DNA of 64,000 nt from Eledone cirrhosa (GCA_964016885.1 OZ024744.1:84196001-84260000); one strand, 5' to 3'; positions 28,602 through 40,980 are shown, numbered from the stretch's first letter. Made by a program: numbers and translations. Notes: generated by a model from the sequence alone, not told the origin.

Positions 28602-29055
28602 GTGTGTGTGTGCGTGTTTTATGTGTGTGTGTCTGTGTGTGTGTGTTCTGTTTATTTTATCAAACACACATCATACCATACCAGTAGAAAGATTTATTTT
28701 TCTGTTGTCCTATGCAACATTTTAAAATGCAACATTTTAAAATGATACTCTCAATTTAATCGTGCGAAACCATTTTGCTGGGATAAGAGCTGATGAGGGT
28801 GAAGATGTGTGTGTATGAACATGTCTTGTACCTTGCCTTTTCTTAATGTCCTTCTTCTTGTTACTTCTATGCATCAACACATTTCTCCTTGTCCTCCTCT
28901 CTCAATCTTTTATACATTTCATCTGGCTCTCACCCACCTCGTGGATCGTTTCTCTACCGACCACTAGCTGCTGGTCTCTGTCCTCAGAGGCATTTTTGTC
29001 ATCGCTATCATTGACAGCATTTGGCAGTTTTAATACCTGTTCTAGCATTGAGTGT

Positions 29056-29207
29056 TGTCACTTATCTATAAATCTAAATATATTTTCGCTTTGTCTCAAT
29101 GAGGGACATCAATATTTATTGATATATATATATATATATATCAATAAACATTGATGTCCCTCATTGAGACAAAGCGAAAATATATTTAGATTTATAGATA
29201 AGTGACA
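29056..29207. repeat. Fold-back palindrome centred on (TA)n
   Basis: About 65-bp arms TGTCACTTATCTATAAATC...ATTGA / TCAAT...GATAAGTGACA with one mismatch. Confidence 0.9.
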
Positions 29208-29211
29208 GATA

Positions 29212-29824
29212 TAGATTTGTCAGGTCACCAGTTGGTGCTACTGGTAACATGTATCCCTGTACAACCTGTATCATGGTCGGGTCGTTGGCGACTAAACTGG
29301 CAACCCCACCAAGCTTTCCTGGTGGGGAGGGTGACTTTGGACATCCTGCAGGACTAAAAACAAAACCTGTCAAAGGGCAAAGGAGCTCTTAAGAGTCAAT
29401 GGTCATCCAAAATCACCGGGAGAGATGACCCCTTAGCCTTTGTCAAGGCAGAATTCTAGGAGAAGGAAAACTCTGATATAACACCTGCAACTCTGATGGT
29501 ATCCAATGATGTTGACTTATTCTTTTTGGTAAATATCATCTTGGTTAAGAGAGTAGGACTGGCTTTGTGCAGTGCTTTTGCTCACTATAAAAGGTTCACG
29601 GCACAGGCATTGCTTTATATCTGGAGATCTCTCAGCACTTGTCGTCACATGGTACCATGGGCCCAGCACTGTGTGTCAATAATTGTCACAAGTGTAGTGT
29701 TTGTACCAGAGTTTTCAAGTCGATGGCTGGACTAAAAAGTCACACTCGTTCAGCGCATCGGTAGGGTTTCTCCTACATAGATATAAAGTAGTGGCCGTAC
29801 TCGAAAACGAGTTGGCAGCCACCA
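29212..29824 (+). mobile_element. Bipartite non-autonomous RTE-derived retroelement (5' UTR joined to ORF 3' end)
   Basis: RTE-like 5' motif CTAGGAGAAGGAAAACTCTGA (about 29456-29480). C-terminal C2H2 finger HKCSVCTRVFKSMAGLKSHTRSAHR* at 29687-29764, short 3' UTR, then TA repeats. No RT or EN between them. Confidence 0.6.
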
Positions 29825-31486
29825 TATATATATAATTCAATGATATTAAATAAATGGAAACTATATTTATAAAACCATATTTATTCTATTATATATATTT
29901 CAAGGGTACCATAAAACTTTGGTACGCTTTCATCAAATAAAATACAAAGAGTGTTTTATAAATTTTGATATAGCCAAATCAGTTGAATATTCCCTGGGTA
30001 GTGAGAATATAGAACGGATTTTTCAAACTTATGGATGAATATGCAAATGAATATGTAAATAATTGAAAAACCGTTATTTTAAATGCTATGGAAAGTTTAC
30101 ATATATAATAATAAGAGAGAAAGAAGAAGGAAAGATAAAGGAAGACCACATATAACGTTAATTTGGGGGAAATATATTCAAACATTTATCTATGTATATA
30201 TGTAAGTATTTATCTTATTATATTGTAGTGGGTTAAATATATATATCTATATATATTTTAATAGCATATGTATTTTTATTAAAAGGATAATTTACAATTA
30301 TAATATGAGTTACGAGGGAAGTTTATTTTGTGTTTTAAGTAGATAAATATATAAATAGGTAGTTCATGTTTAGGTGGTTGTTCGAATATGAGTTACGTGG
30401 GAAGTTGATTTTGTATTTTATGTAAATAAATATGTAATTAAAATTGAGAATGTTTTAAAATTAAATTAAATTAAATTAACGGAGTTAAGTATAATATTTA
30501 TATGATTGAAAAGGAAAGATAACTCCGATTTTATTTGTTAATCGTTAGTGTGAGATTACTTAATTATTTAGTCGAAAGTAATATGGATGTTTAGGTTACA
30601 TTTTGCTAGAATCAGTTAATGGTTATTAATCTTCGTTTAAAGAATAGCTTTAGAGGGTGTCATTGTACTTAATAAAGAATTAAGAAATTGAAAAAAATTG
30701 AAAATTTAAAAAATTAAGATTAAAAAATTTAAAAATTTAAAAAAATTTAAAAATTTAAAAAAATTTAAAAATTTAAAAATTAGAATTAAAATTAAAATTT
30801 AAAAATTAGAATTATATACGTATATATTATAAGGAATTTTTAAAAAGTGGAAGTACTACAAATATTAGAGATATGATTTAGAGATATCAATATATTAAAA
30901 ATACATTGTTAAAGCAGATAGGATTGTTTTGGAGATTAATAGGAATATTATTAGTATAATTATAAGTTATGTATAATTCTGAATGTCGAATTCTGGCGAT
31001 GTCTACAAGAATAGAATAATTCTGTTCTGAGATTAATAGGGTTTTGACAGTTAATTATATAAAAAATTTCTTCAATACACAATTTACAAAATCTTGATAA
31101 AGCCGTATTTTAGTGTGCAGGTGCTTTTGAAATCGTTTTCCAAGATATTGAATAGTCTATATACTTGCTTTTTAAGTTCTATATAAGGTGTGAAAGAGAA
31201 GTAGAAGATTTTTTTATCAGATCTTTTAAAAGAGTGATTGTGATTATTCCAGCGAACTTTAAATTCTGTAGAAGTGGCACTGACATAGTTAAATATATTT
31301 TCACTAGTTTTAACTGTGCATTTATAGACTACGTTTTTATCTAAACACTTATTTTGTAAAGGGTAGTTTGATTTAATTCTACAGTTACATTTTACGGAGT
31401 TGTTGTTGTTCGGAACGGTACTATTAGGTTGGATATTGCTAGAAATATTATTGCTATTAAGGTTATTTTGGGTAGAAATCTTCAGG
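29825..31486 (-). mobile_element. 5'-truncated Penelope-like element (Neptune-type): Cys linker and GIY-YIG endonuclease remnant, AT-rich 3' UTR, terminal hammerhead
   Basis: Minus strand 31392 to about 31060 translates CNCRIKSNYPLQNKCLDKNVVYKCTVKTSENIFNYVSATSTEFKVRWNNHNHSFK. Hammerhead at 29882-29944. Ends in TA repeats. Confidence 0.8.
29882..29944 (-). ncRNA. Type I hammerhead motif (C3U variant)
   Basis: rc: TATTTTAT-TTGATGA-AAGCGTACCA(AAGTTTTA)TGGTACCCTT-GAAA-TATATA-TA-ATAGAATA. Same family as 38452-38517. Confidence 0.65.
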
Positions 31487-31691
31487 TTATTCTTGTTAGA
31501 AATCTTCAGGATTACATATCCAATACTTTTATCGAGAACGACATAGCTAGAGACTTATAGAATACTTAGCTGTGTACAGGAACTGGTTTGATAGAGCGGT
31601 AGCCGGTCCGGCAGAAATTAGAATTTGGATTTAATGCTCTGAAATAGCGATATATATGTAATAGCGATGGATATGTAATAGCGATGGATAT

Positions 31692-31734
31692 GTAATCCTG
31701 AAGATTTCTAACAAGAATGAAACGCGTAGATTAC
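31692..31734 (+). ncRNA. Minimal type I hammerhead ribozyme (first copy of a 310-bp tandem pair)
   Basis: GTAATC-CTGAAGA-TTTCTAACAAGAAT-GAAA-CGCG-TA-GATTAC. 6-bp stem I and palindromic ACGCGT stem III, as in dimer-dependent PLE hammerheads. Confidence 0.8.
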
Positions 31735-32001
31735 TTCCCTTACTTTTATCGAGAATCTCAAATTGTAATACGTGACGTATTCTATTCTATAGCGATTGGG
31801 TCTTCAAAATGTTTATTATACATACAGAATATTTTCGAATATTCTATGTTTGTCTTCACATATATATCGCTATTTCAGAGCATTAAATCCAAATTCTAAT
31901 TTCTGCCGGACCGGCTACCGCTCTATCAAACCAGTTCCTGTACACAGCTAAGTATTCTATAAGTCTCTAGCTGTGTCGTTCTCGATAAAAGTATTGGATA
32001 T

Positions 32002-32044
32002 GTAATCCTTAAGATTTCTAACAAGAATGAAACGCGTAGATTAC
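32002..32044 (+). ncRNA. Second tandem hammerhead copy with core mutation (CTTAAGA)
   Basis: Identical to 31692-31734 except G to T in CUGA, 310 bp downstream. Confidence 0.65.
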
Positions 32045-32165
32045 TTCCCTTACTTTTATCGAGAATCTCAAATTGTAATACGTGACGTAATTCTATTCTA
32101 TAGCGATTGGGTCTTCAAAATGTTTATTATACATACAGAATATTTTCGAATATTCTATGTTTGTC

Positions 32166-32215
<50 letters not shown>

Positions 32216-32265
32216 TATTAGCGTCAGCGAGTCCGTATATATATATATATACGGACTCGCTGACA

Positions 32266-32321
<56 letters not shown>

Positions 32322-32325
<4 letters not shown>

Positions 32326-35300
32326 AAGGCATGGTATAAATTTTCCAATCATTTTAATCACGACACATGTTTCAAGGGGTAGATCTCGATCGTGTGGTCA
32401 TGATCGATTATCACTGATCTCATCAAGTGAATAATGAAATGTCTTCAAATCTTTGATATGAGGGAGGAAAAACTAACGATGTTCACTCACTAGAATTTTG
32501 TTCCCCATATGAAAAATCAGCAGCCAAAGCACGCCAACAGCTATTGTCTTCAGTAAGGGTCATAAATCTATCAAGTCTCTATCTTTCAATAGCTGTAAAA
32601 GACGCTGGACAGGTCTAATCTCAGCATCAAATCTGTAGAATTTCGGTCGGTCACAATTAGTGTTAGTGAGTACACACACACTCACACACACCGACGCGAG
32701 GTCAGAGAAAAAATATATATACCAATACAGTATGCACCGAAAGTTAGGTTACAAAACAACAAATGTTATATTGGTCAAATTAGAAAATAATTGGGTCAAC
32801 CACAACCCTATACACTCGCAAGTAAATTCCGTTCAACGTTCTGCTATACGTGTATCGATTGAATTGTAACATCCGTATCGTCTAAATAGTGTATGGTTTG
32901 GTATATACACATCCATGTGTAGAGCAAGTAGTCAGCTCGTATCGAACTCTATATGTGCCGTTGTCCCGTTGAGAATCCGAGTCCCGCCATGTAGGCCAAG
33001 AAGGGGCTCCATGTAGGGTTGGGTATTTGAGTTAAGGTGTCAGTGTGTGCGTTTTCCCGTCGTATGGGCCCTCGGGCCTTTAAGATAAGTGTTTGAATGG
33101 TGGAGGTGTGTTACCCAACACAAAACAAAATTTAAAAAATAACAAAACCCCGGGGATGTGTGTAAGCCGATTGATGGCGTGTAAGTAGTATTGTCCATTC
33201 AGCAACTGTGAGCACTCCATTGTTAGATGGTCACAGACAAAAATCTAATGTAGTATTCAATCGATAAGATCGTGACTGATCATAACTGTGGGAACTCCGT
33301 GTCTAAAGAAACCGGGTACTGTGTAGAATTATGTATAAAGAGCGTAATCGTTCTTAACTGAGTGTGTAATACGTATATTTACTAACTGAGAGAACCCTAT
33401 GGTTAGGGTATTCTAAAGTAATGGTGAATGCGCGTAATCGGTCTTAACTGCGTGTGTAAGTGTTCTAACTATTTACTAACTAGGTATTCTAAAGTAATGG
33501 TAAAAGTGCACTCAGCTGTGGGAACTCTGTGGAAACATACCGAGTACAGTGTGTAAATGCGCAAACGATCTTAGCTGTCTACTACCTGAGTGTGTGATTG
33601 TCTATTTTTTGCTAATTGAGAGAACTCTATGCTAAGGTAAAAAGGGTGGAGTTAGTGGTAGGTTACTTTCTAAACGTCCTGAGAAAGGTTTTCGAGGTTC
33701 TATACTGGCAGGTGTTGAAAAGGTCCGCTCTCCTATTATTGATTAGTAGGGGGCCGCCTCTAATTATATTAAAGGTTTCAGCTATACATAAATTACAAAC
33801 TCCCGTGCTGCCGTTATATGGCTGGGCTCAGCAAACTATGGACCAGAATAAGGAGTTCTCTATATTCTGTTGTTTAAGCTTCCAGACTAATTCAGAAAGC
33901 GCCGTGCTATTTTTTTTATCTACTTAATTAAAGGTATGGCGGTGATTATACCATCTATCCTTAAATTCAGTAGCAGTCGCCCTAACATACCTGAACGTTC
34001 TATCTAAAGTAGAAACCTTACAGTCGTAGACTATGTTCTTGGTGAGGCATTTCCCAGCCGAGGGGCAAGTAGCGGTGTTCCTGAAATTGCATTTTCTGCT
34101 ACCGACCGGGGTAGTTCCTGAGGAACCACGGTACCCCTGGTGTCAGGTCTCAGTTCTTGTCTGCTCTATGGGTAAGTTCCCAGGGGTTGGGGTGGCCCGA
34201 CTCACCTCAGGCGTATGAGTCCGTTCATACATAGAATTGCCATTGGTTCTGCCATGCCTTATCCCGCCCTGGGCTGTCCTAAGTCTACTATAATTCATCT
34301 TAGCTATATTCTGAGCTATGTTACTGGTTGTGGAGTAGGACAGCTTGCTGTTATTTCTATTGAAGATTTTATAGTATTTGTGTAATCTAGGGAAGCAATT
34401 GTCCAAGGCCCTAAACAAAGCTTAGCAATACTAGTGGTCAGGCCGGTGGAGTATGGGGGGTTGTACCACAGGATTTTTCTGGTCCGATGCCTCTTGTTCT
34501 TATTATCTATACTAGTGTTACCTGCCTCCTTGGTTGCTACTGGTCTATTAGAACTGATAACTGCATGTGGGTCGATGATGTTCCGGGGTGTCCAGGTGAT
34601 GTTTGGAATCGTCCCAAGTCTCCGGGGCGATGTACCCTCCGTGCAGTTATTGGAATTACCCTCGATAGCCGGGGTTATATCCACTATGTGACTACTACAT
34701 TTATCCCTATTCCCCCCCTACCCGACCTCCGTTCTATTTTACGTTCAACGGTTGTTTTATCAGCTCTACAGTTAAGGTTATAATTAAAGTTGCCGCTGGC
34801 TGTACGGTCCTCGGACACCGTGTTTGTACCTGGGTGGTTATTCTCATTGGTACCGTCATCATTGGGACTAGGAGGCAATACAACATGAAGTCTATATTGA
34901 TCCACCTTCGCCTCCCGCCTGCTGTTAACTAGAGTGTCACTAGTTTGGCCTAAGCTCTCACAGAGAATGTTGCTTCTACTACCTAATGGACGTTTGAATG
35001 AGATTCCCTCGCTATGCCCCGCGTGTTCCAGGGCGCTATTATAGTAATATGAGATCCTATCGAATGTATCTTCATTGGAAGATAGTCCTGAAATTCTACT
35101 AGAGACGCTTTTTGTAATACCGTTAGTGACTATTCTAGGGTGGTTCGATTTTGCGTTAACATAATTTAAATTCTCGTTGGGTTTGTGGTAGGGTTGGAAG
35201 TGTAACATCTAGAAAATTAACTATCTTCAGGTTTTCTTCAAACACTATACTTAAGTCTATGTTGTTGAAGAATTTTCTTAGTTTTTTCCTCACCCTCTTT

Positions 35301-36145
35301 ACCATACTATTATTATGATACGACACTGTAAACAGAACGTCGTCACGGTAATCCCCACCTCCCAAGTGGGGCATTTCCACTCCAAGACAGTCGAGGATGT
35401 AGAGGCCCACCAGATCTGTCACCTGGGCCGAGTTCATGGATCCCATGGTTATGTCAAAATTGTCCGGCCAGTCTCTCCTAGTCCACAAGTCTCCGTTGAA
35501 CTCAATTAAGGTTTTCCTAGCTAGGAGAATAATGTTAATTTCTTCTGAAGTAAGGTCGGTGTGTAAGCTATCAAAGTTAAGAGTCTTACCTAGGAGAGTT
35601 GGAGAGAGCGAAGAGTAGTAGTTAGAGATATCAAACTGTATAAACTTAGGGCTATTCTTATTCTGCGATTTCACAAACGAGTTAATTACCTCACTAGTTC
35701 CTGACCATAATTTAAGCTTCGATCTCCTAACTAAAGTGGGGATTATTTTATCAAGGATGTTTTTACTTACGATTCCTATATCCGATTTCGATGGGGCTAT
35801 TAGCCTGACAGATCTTGACGATTCAAAATCTAATTTGTGGTCTTTCAATAAAATCCTCGGAATTCTGGGATGGAATGGCTCAGTTTTATTTTCAATACCC
35901 AGTTTAGTCATGACGCTATTGGCCTCCGTGTTGATTAGATCCAGGTTGGTCTGTGTAGTTTTCTTGTAGTTTTTTCTAAGTTCCCTGATTATCAGGTCGT
36001 CATACGTTACTCTATCCATATCGTATAGGTTGTTCGTTTCATCCGCGTGCACCAGAATGCCGGTCGAGTTCTTTAGTTTTCCTAGATCACCGTTCAGTCG
36101 TTTTAGGTAGCTTTTTCCTCTGAGTGTGTTTTTCCTGTACTTATG
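32322..36145 (-). mobile_element. Penelope-like element (Neptune-type): RT, linker, GIY-YIG, long 3' UTR with hammerhead; 5'-truncated and frameshifted
   Basis: RT motifs FIQFDISNYYSSL, ITMGSMNSAQVTDLVGLYIL, YRDD, NFLDVTL. Thumb YHKPNENLNYVNAKSNHP, then ILWYNPPYS, KIFNRNNSKLSYS. Cys linker plus GIY-YIG CNFRNTATCPSAGKCLTKNIVYDCKV..YVRATATEFKDRWYNH (about 34090-33930). Short tandem repeats in the 3' UTR (about 33290-33620). Confidence 0.9.
32355..32433 (-). ncRNA. Hammerhead motif at the 3' end of the Neptune element (C3U, extended stem II)
   Basis: rc: TCAC-TTGATGA-[long stem II]-GAAA-C-ATGT-G-TC-GTGA. Confidence 0.5.
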
Positions 36146-36474
36146 TATATATATATTAGTGTCAGCGAGTCCGTATATATATATATATACGGGCTCGCTG
36201 ACACTACCGAAACACTTGACTGGCATTCATTATACGATGAAAGAGACAGAAAAATTGTCTTACTAACAAAGAAATCTATTAAAACATTTTAACGTAGAAA
36301 CCACGTGTAATATCCTATGCAAGATATTATAATGCTTACATTTTCCACCTTAATCTTTTTCCTGGCATATTTATTGAGGTTTTCTCCTGATTTCTTTTTT
36401 TTTTTAACAGTGTTTGCTGGTAAATATTTTCTATGTTCTGTTCGATTCTAAATCATTAAGCCGTTTTCAAGTGC

Positions 36475-36596
36475 ATCTCTCTCTTTCTATCTATCTCTCT
36501 CTCTCTCTCTCCCTCTCTCTCACTCTCTTTCTCTCTCCCTCTCTCTATCACTCTCCCTCTCTTTCTCTCTCTCTCAATCTCTCCATCTCTCTCAAT

Positions 36597-36661
<65 letters not shown>

Positions 36662-36839
36662 TCTCTCTCTCTCTAATTTCCTTTTCCGATATACCAGAAA
36701 TTTCTCTACATTACAATTATCTTTGTTTCCATCTTCGTGTTATTGGAATAAACACTTTGTTGACAAATTATCAGAGAAACTATTAAGAGACTTTTTAAAC
36801 AAATTTGTAGCATGTAATAATAATAATAATAACAATAAC

Positions 36840-36900
<61 letters not shown>

Positions 36901-37109
36901 TTATAAAAAATATATATACACACAGGAAATAGAAGGGAAATAATTTGTCTGAAAAGATTATAAACACGGGGCAACTGCATTCTCGTGAACCTTCAGTTCT
37001 TAATGAAAGAGAATCCATTTGTCTTATACAGCACCGATTAAAATTTTACCTTCAAGCTATGATAAATAGCTTTTTGTAAGTCTCTATATGCACACGCACA
37101 CACACACAC

Positions 37110-37149
<40 letters not shown>

Positions 37150-37293
37150 GTACACACAGACACATAACACACACATACATACATACATGCATATATATAT
37201 ATATATTTGTGTTGGAGCTCGGAGATAGCGATGTATATATGAATGTTCATATTGTTTATCTAAACAGGCCTTCAAAATGTTTTTAAACAAACA

Positions 37294-37375
<82 letters not shown>
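36475..37375. repeat. (CT)n, (AAT)n, (CA)/(TA)n microsatellites
   Basis: Directly visible. Confidence 0.9.
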
Positions 37376-37378
<3 letters not shown>

Positions 37379-37568
37379 TCAGGTTTGAGGTTCACCACTG
37401 TATAGAGCTAGTCTATTCCGTATGGTCAATCGTAATGCAATAATATAGAGAGTACTCAACGTAAAGCAGTTCAACCGTCTTTGTTTTTGTAGTTGGTGGT
37501 GCTATTACGGAGTTAAATATTATAAGAAAATGACAGGAGGCTGGATTTGTGTAAATCCTTGAAAGGTT

Positions 37569-37643
37569 TATTATACTATGATCATTTCAATGACCGGGTT
37601 CCGTATGAATCCGGTGATATCATCAGGTATTCGAAATATAATA
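37569..37643 (-). ncRNA. Type I hammerhead ribozyme (left arm)
   Basis: Reverse complement of 37818-37892. Confidence 0.72.
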
Positions 37644-37817
37644 CGTGAATGTAATAGGTAAAATCCATGGGGCTGAAAATCGAGACCCGAGGGCGACCGC
37701 TATTCTGTTCCTTCAACCTCAACCTCCAGGGCGACCGGCTGAGGTTGAAGGAACAGAATAGCGGTCGCCCTCGGGTCTCGATTTTCAGCCCCATGGATTT
37801 TACCTATTACATTCACG

Positions 37818-37892
37818 TATTATATTTCGAATACCTGATGATATCACCGGATTCATACGGAACCCGGTCATTGAAATGATCATAGTATAATA
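37818..37892 (+). ncRNA. Type I hammerhead ribozyme (right arm)
   Basis: TATTAT..ATAC-CTGATGA(37835-37841)-stem II ACCGG/CCGGT-GAAA(37873-37876)-T-GATC-A-TA-GTAT-AATA. Palindromic GATC loop in stem III. Confidence 0.72.
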
Positions 37893-37936
37893 AACCTTTC
37901 AAGGATTTACACAAATCCAGCCTCCTGTCATTTCAT

Positions 37937-37985
<49 letters not shown>

Positions 37986-38188
37986 TATTTTTTAATATTA
38001 ACATAGCAAAAAAATGTATTTACGAGATATAGATTCATCCCTTGATAAGCTTATTTCTTCACTCGTTCCTCTTTAACATTTTTCATCATTACTATGCATA
38101 TGGTTCTTTTCTTTCTCTCTCTCTCTTGTTTCTTCCTCTCTCTTTCTTTATTCTCTCTTTTTCTTTCTCTTTTTTTTATCTCTCTTCA

Positions 38189-38265
<77 letters not shown>

Positions 38266-38451
38266 TCTTCTTCTTCTTCCAACAGTATAATTTAAATAAA
38301 CCGTTTTTTTTTTTCAATTTTTTTCGGACACTCATTTGCATACTCACACATAGCTTTGAATCACCCTCAATAAAAATGTTTCCCCTATCCAGCGAACCTC
38401 CAACCGTCAACTTCAGCGGGTATGTCAACATTATTTATAAAACAAATTTTG

Positions 38452-38517
38452 TATTTTATCTGATGAAAGCGCACCAAAATTTGCCTTGCTTGCCCTTGAA
38501 ATATATATAATAAAATA
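38452..38517 (+). ncRNA. Type I hammerhead ribozyme
   Basis: TATTTTAT-CTGATGA-AAGCGCA...TGCCCTT-GAAA-TATATA-TA-ATAAAATA. 8-bp stem I. Downstream tail matches the minus-strand tail at 29830-29880. Confidence 0.75.
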
Positions 38518-38965
38518 ATTATGGTTTTATAAATATAGTTTCCATTTATTGATATAATGAATATTTACTCCACCAATTGTTGAGTGCTTTATATCAGTTA
38601 TAAAACTTTTAAGTTTGTTGAATTCCAACAAATTAAATATAACCTTTGCATATATATATATATATATATATATATTGTTATACTTGGGGAGGGTCATATT
38701 GTTATAATATTGCCAGAAATATTAACAGAACACAGTCACTGTTTGTTTTGTGTTGGTTTTCGTTTCTGTATCTTTTATATCTCTATAGTTAATTTATCTG
38801 GCAATCAATGTTTATCATTGATTGACCAACGAATAAAAATACAGATATAAATATATCTATGATATATATTCACTCAAAGTTCTTTCGTCACACATTTTCG
38901 TCATCATCGGTGGTACTATTATGTTTCCTCCCGTTGTATTGAAATGCCTACGCTATTTTTATTTA

Positions 38966-39050
<85 letters not shown>

Positions 39051-39055
<5 letters not shown>

Positions 39056-39241
39056 AAAAGTATGACCCCGACGGCAGAGCTCAAGCCCTTTCGACGGCTA
39101 TTTCTGGACTGAAATAACCGTCGAAACGGCTTGAGCTCTGCTGTCGGGGTCATACTTTTTCCTATTACCCACTCTACTACCCTAAGTATTGAGTACTCTG
39201 GTGCGTTATGGTCCATCTGGTTCCTTACCACAACTCGTTCG

Positions 39242-39245
<4 letters not shown>
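39051..39245 (+). mobile_element. Short PLE 3' end: 54-bp inverted repeat (39051-39104 / 39111-39164) containing the 3' half of a hammerhead, then tail and (TA)n
   Basis: GAAA-CGGC-TTGAGCTCT-GCTG-TC at 39123-39145, upstream CUGAUGA lost. Tail contains TATTGAGTAC, shared with the tail of the 41449-41594 unit. Confidence 0.6.
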
Positions 39246-39274
<29 letters not shown>

Positions 39275-40730
39275 CGCTTTACCGTGTCGGTTGTCACAAA
39301 CATTCATGACCGGCACGAGCGGGTGTTTGGATTATGTCGATCGATTGGTTATTGATTAGGCGATACCCGCTGATGAAGCCGCATAAGCCGATTGTGCACT
39401 GTTGCATAATATATGCAGACAGATGGTGCAGTGCACCTTACTGCTGCATTAGTGCAGCAGAAACTCGAGTCCGGGAACCTTATAGGCACCCGTTTTACGT
39501 GTTGTGTTGAGGCAAATAACTATGTGTATACTCTGGTAATGTATCTTACATTGCCCATTGAGTGCGCTGAGATACAACCGGTACTGGCATTGATAAATAT
39601 GCTGGGTCCGTCAACCCTTATTATTATTATTATCTCCCAACTAGCGGAATATTGAGAGTAAGTTAAACAATTTTTCACTTTTTATTGTGTTTCTGTTTTG
39701 ATATGCACTCTTTTTCCTGCTACTAATTTTGTCTCTCACTCTTTTAAGTTGTGAATTAGACTGGTTATCTACGCACGTGGCTGACACATTTCAGCTCGCT
39801 ACTATATTGCTATATAATGGACGATCGCATTTAATGTCCGTTAAAGTTTCTTGGCACTACCATTGTTACCATCGCTTTCCTCTAGCCATGGGGCTTGGAA
39901 ACATTAACCGAATGCTACCATTCTATTTTATATCAATGTGAACTGCTATTTCTAATAGCCATCTTTTCACCCCTTGATAATTTGTGTGTGAGATACGTTG
40001 GCTGAGACTTCTGACAGGAACTAATAGATTGATTCTTTTTATCTTCCCATCCCCACGTAAGGCATTTCGTCGCATGGTTGGATGGCCACTGATGAGGACA
40101 AACTTTTTCATATGTAACCCATTTGCAGCGCCGCAGCTCCATTATTATCATATTTACACATATATATTTTCCTCCGCTGCCACCAGTCTGTTTCGTTCTT
40201 AGTGTCTTTACCCTTTCTAGCAGTCTCTTTCTCTGTTAGCCTCTTCCTCACCTTTCACTCACTCACTCTCTGTCACTACCTCTCCTCCTCCCCTTTCTTC
40301 CCGTTTGACCTGTCCGTAATCCTTTTCTCGCGGGCACTTGGCCAAGCCGGTATGAATTTTTTTTCTCTCTCTCTCGTCTGCGACTTCACAGAACTTATGT
40401 TTACCGAATTCGCAGACCAGACCCCTTCTTCCTCCCGTTAGACCTGTGTGAAATTCCTTCCTTGCTCACATTTCAACCAGGTTTGATGGTCTTTATTCTC
40501 TCGTTCACGATTCCACCGAATTTATATTCATAGAAATCTGGGACTTGTTTCCTTCTTCATCACTTTCTGCTGCTTAAACCATTTTGTTTGTTAACCCTAG
40601 CGTCCCATTTATTTACGTGTCCCAACGACTTTTTTTTAGCCGTTGCTCGCACCAACCTGAGGTATATGGCCTTTAATGCGACGAAATGCCTACGACGGTT
40701 GGATGGCCACTGATGAGGACAAACTTTTTC

Positions 40731-40784
<54 letters not shown>

Positions 40785-40912
40785 TTAAAAGTTAAACAAG
40801 TTTCAATGAATAAATCAAAGAATGATTGTTACAATAGATTGGAAGCACTCAACTCATCTACCATGACTGAATCTTAACCTTCTAATATGTCAGGGTATGT
40901 CATGCATCATCT

Positions 40913-40980
40913 TATTTTTATCTGATGAGGACGTACTGTTGAACTTAACTCAGTACCTCTGAAATATTTATAATAAAATA
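40913..40980 (+). ncRNA. Type I hammerhead ribozyme
   Basis: TTTTAT-CTGATGA(40922-40928)-GGACGTACTG...CAGTACCTCT-GAAA(40961-40964)-TATTTA-TA-ATAAAA. Confidence 0.72.

Larger units (their letters stand above)
37528..37933. repeat. 194-bp inverted repeat (37528-37721 / 37740-37933) with 18-bp spacer; Penelope-type inverted pLTR
   Basis: Arms are reverse complements by eye (identical ORF translations on both strands in the track). Each arm contains a hammerhead. Confidence 0.95.

Noticed and set aside
28788-28830. Isolated CTGATGA motifs (also about 39371 and 56195) as hammerheads
   Set aside because: No properly placed GAAA, stem III or stem I partner could be found.
37582-37879. Identical 70-aa ORF on both strands
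   Set aside because: A consequence of the inverted repeat, not a gene.
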